NCBI GenBank assembly: GCA_017398805.1 | Contig: JAFQEZ010000063.1 | Span: 43,472 to 107,471, forward strand | Reading direction: 5' to 3' | From: Bacteroidaceae bacterium | GTDB taxonomy: Bacteria > Bacteroidota > Bacteroidia > Bacteroidales > Bacteroidaceae | Length of the DNA: 64,000 bases | In this document: positions 40,246-46,640 of the stretch, piece by piece | How the letters are laid out: each line of letters opens with the position of its first letter | How positions within the stretch are numbered: the first letter of the stretch is position 1 | The notes under the pieces: generated by a model | Seen by the model: only the letters and a program-made list of their open reading frames with translations | What the model was told of the DNA's origin: nothing | Database searches by the model: none | Position numbers and translations under genes: made by a program

Positions 40246-40967
40246 TTATGGCTAGAAAAATAAAAATAGACAATGCTATCTTAAAGCGCTTTGAGCAAAA
40301 AACAAGAAAGCAAAAGGCTAGTAAGAAAATTTCTTGTCGAATTCTTATTGTTTGCGAAGGCGAAAAAACCGAGCCTAATTACTTTAAAAAATTCAAATTG
40401 ATAAGCAATAACAGCTTTACTTATGAAGTCCATTGTGAAGGCTGTGGCGAGGGAACAATGAAGGTTGTTAATACAGCTATTCACTTAGCAAAAAAAACAG
40501 AACTTTCGTCACAGCCTTATGATAGCGTTTGGGCTGTTTTTGACAAAGATAATTTTGCTGATTTCAATGCAGCTATTGAAAAAGCAGAGAACAACAATAT
40601 CAATGTTGCATGGAGTAATGAAGCTTTTGAATTATGGTATTTATACCATTTCCATAATCGTACAACACGAATGAGTAGAAATGACTATAAAAAAGCAATT
40701 TCTGATGCCGTAAACGCCACTGGTAAATGGCCTAAGAAGCAACCATATGAATACAAAAAAGAAGATGAAAATAATTACAACATCATGAACACTTATGGCA
40801 ATATAAGGAATGCTATAAAGTGGGCAAAACAACAACATCAGACATTTGCTGACAAAAATTACGCAAACCAAAACCCATGCACTACAGTATATAAACTTGC
40901 ACTACAGTTATTGAATGAAGATAAAGATTTGATTGATGCTGTAATGAATAAGATAAACTCCAACTAA
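40242..40967 (+). CDS. RloB-like (AbiLii-like, Toprim-related) protein
   Basis: RILIVCEGEKTEPNYFK and AWSNEAFELWYLYHF are RloB signatures. The start overlaps the ATPase stop (ATGA). Confidence 0.8.
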   Translation: MIMARKIKIDNAILKRFEQKTRKQKASKKISCRILIVCEGEKTEPNYFKKFKLISNNSFTYEVHCEGCGEGTMKVVNTAIHLAKKTELSSQPYDSVWAVFDKDNFADFNAAIEKAENNNINVAWSNEAFELWYLYHFHNRTTRMSRNDYKKAISDAVNATGKWPKKQPYEYKKEDENNYNIMNTYGNIRNAIKWAKQQHQTFADKNYANQNPCTTVYKLALQLLNEDKDLIDAVMNKINSN

Positions 40968-41251
40968 CAATTAAGCATATCGGGTTTATCAACATCACAA
41001 ACTCTCTCAAAAGTTACCATATCGTAACCCTCTGCTCTCAAATAATGAACGAAATCCACGACTTTTAGAAAGTCTCGTTTAAAGTTGGCTGTGCCGACAA
41101 TTTCTTGCCACGGCATAGATGAAACAAGTTTCTCTCTGCCCGTTTGGCTTAACGAAATGTTGGCTTCGCCTTCAATTTCTCGCCATGGCAAAGTGCAAGC
41201 AAGCTCGCCTTTGCTCATTTGGCTTAACGAAATTGTTCGATAATTTGTCAC
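40964..41251 (-). CDS. Uncertain 95-aa ORF (GTG start) covering two 75-nt repeat units plus a conserved C-terminal segment
   Basis: Paralog of 43820-44098. Only the C-terminal part (ANFKRDFLKVVDFVHYLRAEGYDMVTF) is conserved in all copies and remnants. The N-terminal part may be non-coding repeat. Confidence 0.35.
   Translation of the reverse strand: MTNYRTISLSQMSKGELACTLPWREIEGEANISLSQTGREKLVSSMPWQEIVGTANFKRDFLKVVDFVHYLRAEGYDMVTFERVCDVDKPDMLNC
41084..41233. repeat. Two tandem 75-nt units (type A then type B), each with an internal imperfect hairpin
   Basis: The units begin GTTGGCT and end TTTGGCTTAACGAAA. The hairpins lie at 41112-41140 and 41188-41214. Confidence 0.8.
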
Positions 41252-41278
41252 AAATTTGCACGATGAGACAAAAGAGGA
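41245..41278 (+). repeat. attP-like junction between elements A and B
   Basis: TTGTCACA-aatttGCACga-TGAGACAA is an imperfect dyad. It equals the right-end 16-mer plus the left-end GATGAGACAAAAGAG. Confidence 0.75.
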
Positions 41279-41309
41279 ATTCTCAAAAAAAGAGAGTTCC
41301 TCTTTTTTT

Positions 41310-41492
41310 GAGAATCGACAATACTTGCAGCAATAGGTCGCAGGATGCGTGGCGTAGTCACGCCCTGCGGGTTGCGAAAAGCGAGTGTTGTCAATTTTAC
41401 TATCAGAATCGACAATGCCGACAGCGGTTGGTCAAACGAAGTACGGGCGAAGCTCGTACCGTTTGGGCCGCGATAAGGAGGCGTTGTCAATT
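41310..41492 (+). repeat. Two tandem ~95-nt modules: AGAATCGACAAT box, bulged hairpin, GTTGTCAATT box
   Basis: Boxes lie at 41311/41405 and 41387/41483. Hairpins lie at 41339-41369 and 41433-41465. Confidence 0.7.
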
Positions 41493-41648
41493 AAAAAAGC
41501 AGGTATTTCCCAAGCGGCATTAAACAACTATTTCAGCAAGTTGGGAGAGAATGATGAACCCATATATAAAAACAAAAAGTGTACCATAAGAAAAGGTACA
41601 CTCTATGTTAAACCCACAACAAGGGGGCGTAAGAAACAAGGGGAATAA
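41486..41648 (+). pseudogene. Probable 5'-truncated paralog of the small DNA-binding gene 33807-34031
   Basis: Only the C-terminal half is homologous, and there is no ATG near the start of homology (TTG at 41486). Confidence 0.3.
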
Positions 41649-41806
41649 GATTGATAAAATTTATAATTTGCTTTATCAAAATTAGTAACTTTGCTAACAA
41701 ATGCGAATAGTGTTATAAAATAGACTTATAACACCTAAAAACTCTACCAAAGTGGAGATTTTGCAGAAATAATGACTTATTCATTCGGTATAAATCTAAA
41801 ACATAT

Positions 41807-41814
41807 TATATTTG
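41807..41814 (+). promoter_or_regulatory. Candidate -7 box TATATTTG upstream of the TM/zinc-ribbon gene
   Basis: Matches TAnnTTTG, about 290 nt upstream of the ATG at 42105. Confidence 0.35.
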
Positions 41815-42104
41815 CAGAAACATAACAAAAAACACATGCCTATGAAGCATTGACAAATTAAAGACATATAAATAAAAAGCGTTAGCTTGTATTCTTGTTC
41901 TTGAAAATCGCCAAATTTTAAAGAGCACCAAGGGTAAAAGTTAATGCTCACGTCATTCTATGGCGTGGGCTTTTACTCGTATATGGTGCACGGTGTTTGG
42001 CGATACCTCAAGAACATAGACGAAGTTTTAGTCCACGTTTTTTATTTGTCTAAATTGGGGGATTTTGGACAATTACAACAATTTAATTTTAAAAAAATAA
42101 GTTT

Positions 42105-42641
42105 ATGGAAAATTTTGATTTTACTTGGGTAGCATGCGGTATAATATGGGCATTAATCGCAGTATCAGGCACTTGGATTGCAGCTCAAGTTATGGATAAT
42201 TTTACAACCAAGAAAAATAACATCATAATTATACTGTCAATCTTGTCTATAATAGAAATAGTTCTATTTATAAAATTGCTCGATTATATGGGACCTGAAT
42301 ATGGTGGAGGTTATAGTAAATTCAGTTTCGGGAACAAATTTCATTTAGGTTATTTAGCTAGTATGGTTTTACAAGGAGTTTTTGGTTACATCTTTGCAAG
42401 AAATACAAGTGACATCTGCCCGCATTGTGGAACTTGGAACGAGATTAACGGAATTGCCGAGGTTGATAGTCGTGAATATTCTAAATGGGAAACTCATAGC
42501 AACAACATAAGGGATAAACACGGAAATAAAGTCGGGTCTTATGATAGTAGGCATTTACATAATTACAACGAAAAAGAGTTTTTGGTTGAATGTAAAAAAT
42601 GTGGAACGCAATTTTATGTAAAAAGAACATATGAAGCCTAA
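42105..42641 (+). CDS. Membrane protein (about 3 TM helices) with a C-terminal CxxC...CxxC zinc-ribbon
   Basis: 178 aa. The hydrophobic segments are WVACGIIWALIAVSGTWIAAQV, IIIILSILSIIEIVLFIKLL and LGYLASMVLQGVFGYIFA, followed by CPHCG...CKKCG. Confidence 0.6.
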   Translation: MENFDFTWVACGIIWALIAVSGTWIAAQVMDNFTTKKNNIIIILSILSIIEIVLFIKLLDYMGPEYGGGYSKFSFGNKFHLGYLASMVLQGVFGYIFARNTSDICPHCGTWNEINGIAEVDSREYSKWETHSNNIRDKHGNKVGSYDSRHLHNYNEKEFLVECKKCGTQFYVKRTYEA

Positions 42642-42675
42642 TCAAAATCCATTAATAACTGATTAAACTTTATAC

Positions 42676-42864
42676 AATGATTGCCACCGGCTTCGCCGAT
42701 GGCAATCATTTAATATAAAAATCTACTTTATTTCATTATCAAATAAGAATAAGGGATAATCAATTTTGTAGTCAACGAATATAAGGATAGGGGTTACATA
42801 GATAAACAGCACCCACAGAGGGTGCTGGTACTGTTTTAGGATTTGATACCATTACCAACCTTGT
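42676..42864. repeat. Backbone blocks shared with element A, fused by deletion of the NADAR-Rep module
   Basis: Nts 42676-42775 match 36176-36276 (terminator plus the last ~50 nt of the NADAR gene). Nts 42781-42864 match 38745-38831. Confidence 0.8.
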
Positions 42865-42949
42865 AAGAATATTTATTTAGAAATATTTTAAATTACGTTA
42901 AAAAATAGATTTTGTGGCAATACAAATTGTTTTGTATAATATAATGCAT

Positions 42950-42957
42950 TATATTTG
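42950..42957 (+). promoter_or_regulatory. Candidate -7 box TATATTTG, with TTTG at 42931-42934
   Basis: Matches the Bacteroidetes promoter consensus immediately upstream of the structured leader. Confidence 0.45.
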
Positions 42958-42964
42958 CAGTAAC

Positions 42965-43056
42965 GATTAGGCTCACGGCAAAGCGTATCCGATAGCATCC
43001 AATCAGTTGCTAATCTCGATAGTGGATACGCCTACCCTTGAGCATTTTTTATTTTA
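42965..43056 (+). ncRNA. Structured ~90-nt leader or small RNA ending in a terminator-like T-run, 12 nt before the NYN gene ATG
   Basis: There are three nested stems: GCTCA/TGAGC (42971-75/43039-43), GCGTATCC/GGATACGC (42983-90/43024-31) and TAGCA/TGCTA (42993-97/43008-12). ATTTTTTATTTT follows. Confidence 0.4.
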
Positions 43057-43068
43057 TTACTTATTACC

Positions 43069-43764
43069 ATGAAAACAAATTCCTTTCCTCCAGTAAAAAT
43101 TGCAGTGTTAATTGATGGTGGTTTCTTTATAAAGCGTTTTAATGCTTTATATAATAAAGATAGAAAAATGTCTGGTAAAGATGTCGCAGAGTGCTTATAT
43201 ACTTTCGCACATAGTCATGTCGGTAATGAAAATACGTTATATAGGATTTTTTATTATGACTGCCTACCGCTGGATAAAAAAATGCATAACCCTATAACAA
43301 AAAAAGCTATTGATTTTTCAAAAAGTGAAGAGTACAAGTTTAGGGTTGAGTTATTTGAAACTCTAAAGATGAAACGTAAAGTCGCTTTGAGACTTGGCAA
43401 TTTAAAAGATAATGGAAAATGGTGCATACATAGTAATAAAGTTAAAGAATTATTATCTGGAAAAATAAAAGTTGAAGACTTAAAAGAAAATGATGTATAT
43501 CTTGAAATACGCCAGAAAGGCATTGACATGAAAATTGGTGTTGATATATCTTCAATCGCATTAAAAAGATTTGTCGACAGAATTATATTAATATCAGGAG
43601 ACGCGGATTTTGTACCTGCGGCAAAACTAGCAAGAAGGGAAGGCGTGGACTTCATTCTTGACCCTATGGGAGCAAATGTAGAACCTAGTTTATTTGAACA
43701 TATAGACGGTTTAGAAAACAAAAATATTCGAATTAATAGAAAGAACAAACCAAAAAAGAAATAA
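43069..43764 (+). CDS. NYN-domain (LabA/PIN-like) putative ribonuclease
   Basis: VKIAVLIDGGFF...RIFYYDC...QKGIDMKIGVDISS...IILISGDADFVPAAKLARREGVDFILDPM follows the NYN pattern. Confidence 0.8.
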   Translation: MKTNSFPPVKIAVLIDGGFFIKRFNALYNKDRKMSGKDVAECLYTFAHSHVGNENTLYRIFYYDCLPLDKKMHNPITKKAIDFSKSEEYKFRVELFETLKMKRKVALRLGNLKDNGKWCIHSNKVKELLSGKIKVEDLKENDVYLEIRQKGIDMKIGVDISSIALKRFVDRIILISGDADFVPAAKLARREGVDFILDPMGANVEPSLFEHIDGLENKNIRINRKNKPKKK

Positions 43765-43819
43765 ACGTTTTTCATTTCCTTTATTCTGTTTCATATCTAT
43801 TTTAAATCGAATAACACTT

Positions 43820-44098
43820 TTATTGTTTATTGACAGCATTGCTACCAACCTTGTCAAAAGTTACCATATCGTAACCCTCTGCTCTCAAATAATGAACAAA
43901 ATCCACGACTTTAAGAAAGTCTCGTTTAAAGTTGGCTTCGCCTTCAATTTCTCGCCATGGCAAAGTGCAAGCAAGCTCGCCTTTGCTCATTTGGCTTAAC
44001 GAAAAGTTGGCTTCGCCGACAATTTCTCGCCACGGCATAGATGAAACAAGTTTCTCTCTGCCCGTTTGGCTTGACGAAATTGTTCGATAATCTGTCAC
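43820..44098 (-). CDS. Uncertain 92-aa ORF (GTG start), paralog of 40964-41251
   Basis: It has the same C-terminal segment. The N-terminal part is the two 75-nt units in the opposite order. Confidence 0.35.
   Translation of the reverse strand: MTDYRTISSSQTGREKLVSSMPWREIVGEANFSLSQMSKGELACTLPWREIEGEANFKRDFLKVVDFVHYLRAEGYDMVTFDKVGSNAVNKQ
43931..44080. repeat. Two tandem 75-nt units (type B then type A)
   Basis: Near-identical to the 41084-41233 units, but the order is swapped. Confidence 0.8.
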
Positions 44099-44123
44099 AA
44101 ATTTGCACGATGAGACAAAAGAG
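44092..44123 (+). repeat. attP-like junction between elements B and C
   Basis: CTGTCACAAATTTGCACGATGAGACAAAAGAG. Confidence 0.75.
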
Positions 44124-44565
44124 CAGAGTTTTCCGCTCTTTTTTTATGCAAACTCCTCCGCTTTTCATAGAAAAGGTGTCACGCAGTGACGGAGGAGTTC
44201 CTTAAGCCCTGTGGTTGCGGTCAGCAAGCATATCGCTATATTTACACCGACAATTTAGAATCTATGGAATACAAATATCCTTTTGGAGAAATAGTTAAAC
44301 CGTTAGTACAAAAAGACAGAACAGCAAAGCAGGTATTTGTCCTTGGTGTATATGCCAGTGCTGTGCATGCAAAATGGAAAAAGGGGAATGAAATTGTATG
44401 TCAGGCATTGGCAGTTACAAGTGAACCAAGAATTTTTTGGGATGGCAACCCTGATGAAGCCAAGGAAATTATCAGTAAAATCCATATTCCAGATGAGTTT
44501 GGGACTTTAGAGCCATCAGGGAGTCATTTAAATGGGCCTTCAGCAAAAGTGTCACAAATTTGCAC
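44109..44565. mobile_element. Element C: 0.46-kb remnant retaining both element ends
   Basis: The left end is GATGAGACAAAAGAG plus a hairpin (44117-44142). The right end is TGTCACAAATTTGCAC (44550-44565). Confidence 0.55.
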
Positions 44566-44611
44566 TACCCCAACTGCGCTTTTGAAAAAAAATCAAGAAT
44601 ATTTTGATTAA
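44186..44611 (+). CDS. Hypothetical ORF, probably a gene fragment running across the element C right end
   Basis: GTG start. Homology-free by eye. The 16-mer right end lies inside codons ...AKVSQICTT... Confidence 0.25.
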   Translation: MTEEFLKPCGCGQQAYRYIYTDNLESMEYKYPFGEIVKPLVQKDRTAKQVFVLGVYASAVHAKWKKGNEIVCQALAVTSEPRIFWDGNPDEAKEIISKIHIPDEFGTLEPSGSHLNGPSAKVSQICTTPTALLKKNQEYFD

Positions 44612-44624
44612 TTATAAAAAGTAT

Positions 44625-44632
44625 TACCTTTG
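44625..44632 (+). promoter_or_regulatory. Candidate promoter (-7 TACCTTTG, -33 TTTG at 44603-44606) far upstream of rtcB
   Basis: Good match to TTTG-N18-TAnnTTTG. Confidence 0.5.
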
Positions 44633-44639
44633 CAGCCGA

Positions 44640-45049
44640 AAATTAACGAATTCAAATAACAAACATGACAGCAAACTGTACTAAAGCTAATGAACAGAGG
44701 TATAGTAACTGAAAGGTGAGCGTGTCGGATTTCAGCTCATCATTTCAGTAAAAGAAGATGTTGAAATCCGGAAAAACAGAACGAGTAAGCAGACTCACCA
44801 GAATCATGTAATAGAAAAGAATGAGTAGAACGCAACAGATTCCCCGACTACAGCAGAATGGCTGAATGCCGTCGGGTCCCTGTCATCGACTTCCTTCAAG
44901 AAGCACAACAATCCATGCCACACCGAGCAGAAGGTAAAGGTGTACGTATCAGAGGCATGTGAAAGAGAAAATCACTATTTTTACAAACACGACAAGAAGT
45001 GCTGCATAACAGATGCGGCATAAGAGTTGTCATAAACACATATAAGACA
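44640..45049 (+). other. ~400-nt non-coding leader upstream of rtcB with several strong hairpins
   Basis: GGTGAG/CTCACC (44715-20/44794-99) encloses CGGATTTCA/TGAAATCCG (44726-34/44762-70). CCCGAC/GTCGGG lies at 44843-48/44871-76. There is no ORF longer than 15 codons with an ATG. Confidence 0.4.
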
Positions 45050-46279
45050 ATGTTAGATCTTAAAGGCAAATTCTGTAAGGACTGTAAGATCTTTACAGAC
45101 AACATAGAACAGGATGCACTTTCCATGATTTATCACTTCCTTGACCACCCGATGTTTGATGGTTCAAAGATACGTATCATGCCCGATGTGCACGCAGGAA
45201 AGGATATTGTAGTTGGTTTCACAGTTCCATTTACCGACCATGTGAACCCTGACCACGTTGGAGGCGACATTGGCTGCTCGGTAAGCACAGCCATTACTGA
45301 CCTGCCAATAAACAAGGATGATTACCCTGCCATTGAGCAGGCCATACGCAACAAGGTCAAGTTCGGCATGACCATACACAGCAAGGCTGTGTATGATTAC
45401 AAGGAGCTGTACAAGCACCTGGACAATGCTCTTCAGAAAGCACGCCAGCAGTGGCCCGAAATGGTGAACAACGTTGACGTAGGCGAGAGAGGTATAACAG
45501 CATTCCTCAAGCGCGTAAACCAGACTGAGCACATGTTCTACCACAGCATAGGAACAGTAGGCGGAGGCAACCACTTCATTGAGGTAGGAGTAACTCCTGA
45601 GGGTAGCTATGCGTTCACTGTACACTGCGGAAGCCGTAATCTTGGACAGAAGGTATGGAAGTACTGGAAGATGGAGGCAGGAAAGCTTCAGGGTGTATCA
45701 AACGGATACCTCACAGGAGAGCCTATGAAGGGATATATTACCGACATGGTGATATCTCAGGCCTATGCAGAGTTCAATCACAAGGTCATTGACCGCCTTG
45801 TGCTCGAGGCTATCAATGAGAGCAGCGGCAAGAATGCAGCCATTGTGGAGCAGATATATACCACACACAACTACATTGAGTTCTCTTCGAAGACACTCAG
45901 GAAGGGTGCAGTGGCTGCTCCGGCAGGACGCAGGCTTGTAATTCCGTTCAACATGCGCGACGGACTCATCATCTGCCGCGGAAAGGGCAACCCCGACTGG
46001 AACGAGAGTGCACCTCATGGCGCAGGACGTCTGATGTCACGCGCTGCCGCAAAGGAGCTGATTGACCTTGAGGAGTTCAAGGAGACTATGAAGGATGTAT
46101 ACTCATCGAGTGTCGGTGTCGGCACTATTGACGAGAGTCCTATGGCCTATAAGGACCCTAAGGAGATTCTCTCGCTTATTGAGGATACTGTTGAAGTCGA
46201 GTTCTTCATCAAGCCTGTCATTAACCTGAAGGCAACCAACAGCTACGACTCAAGTGTCGAGATTGACATGAACGAATAG
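45050..46279 (+). CDS. rtcB: RtcB-family RNA 3'-phosphate ligase
   Basis: PDVHAGKD, GGGNHFIEVG and APHGAGR motifs. The ATG at 45050 is preferred over the GTG at 44999. Confidence 0.85.
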   Translation: MLDLKGKFCKDCKIFTDNIEQDALSMIYHFLDHPMFDGSKIRIMPDVHAGKDIVVGFTVPFTDHVNPDHVGGDIGCSVSTAITDLPINKDDYPAIEQAIRNKVKFGMTIHSKAVYDYKELYKHLDNALQKARQQWPEMVNNVDVGERGITAFLKRVNQTEHMFYHSIGTVGGGNHFIEVGVTPEGSYAFTVHCGSRNLGQKVWKYWKMEAGKLQGVSNGYLTGEPMKGYITDMVISQAYAEFNHKVIDRLVLEAINESSGKNAAIVEQIYTTHNYIEFSSKTLRKGAVAAPAGRRLVIPFNMRDGLIICRGKGNPDWNESAPHGAGRLMSRAAAKELIDLEEFKETMKDVYSSSVGVGTIDESPMAYKDPKEILSLIEDTVEVEFFIKPVINLKATNSYDSSVEIDMNE

Positions 46280-46640
46280 GCTGACTAAAAGTTTCTACGT
46301 TCAATGAACGGAGTTCGATATGACGTATTATACTGAACTATCGCATACTTGTCATATTTCGGGACCGAAGGATCTAAAGTCAAGAATCTAATAGCACAAA
46401 AAAGATTCTTCGCTACGCTCCAGGATGACAAGTTCGCGATTTGGTTGAATTTATATTGAACTCACGTTAATGAGAAAAGTTTAGTATCTAACCGATTAAA
46501 CACTAAGCGAGTATTTCGAAGGAGGAAACCCCAAAAAGGATTCCTCCTTTTTTGTCTGCCATGCCGGTAAAATTTCCCTTTTGCACGTACGTATTATTGC
46601 TCAAAAGGCATAACTTTGCATAGACCAAAACTGCAACCTC

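Larger units (their letters stand above)
30674..41261. mobile_element. Element A: about 10.6-kb integrative (probably mobilizable) element with serine recombinases, a Rep_trans-like gene and defence cargo
   Basis: Bounded by the left end GATGAGACAAAAGAG plus terminator hairpin and the right end TGTCACAAATTTGCAC. It is AT-rich relative to its flanks. Confidence 0.75.
41262..44108. mobile_element. Element B: 2.85-kb non-autonomous relative of element A (no recombinase or Rep)
   Basis: It has the same left end, right end and backbone blocks as A, but different cargo. Confidence 0.7.

Noticed and set aside
41084-41233. Integron attC-like interpretation of the 75-nt units (GCTTAAC and GTTGGCT boxes resemble RYYYAAC / GTTRRRY).
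   Set aside because: The boxes are in the wrong order and spacing for an attC, being adjacent across unit boundaries rather than at opposite ends of a hairpin. GTTGGCT violates the consensus. No IntI-type integrase is present.
41119-41523. 134-aa plus-strand ORF.
   Set aside because: It reads through the 75-nt units, the att junction, a terminator hairpin and the tandem modules. It is almost certainly a non-coding artefact.
43931-44080. CRISPR-like array.
   Set aside because: There are only two directly abutting 75-nt units with no spacers, and no cas genes in the window.
44186-44549. Calling the element C ORF a uracil-DNA-glycosylase-like or DarT-like protein.
   Set aside because: I could not find the diagnostic motifs of either family, so I left it as hypothetical.
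30674-44565. Retron, DGR or other reverse-transcriptase-based system that would explain the structured repeats.
   Set aside because: No ORF in the island, or anywhere in the window, shows RT motifs (YxDD and similar).
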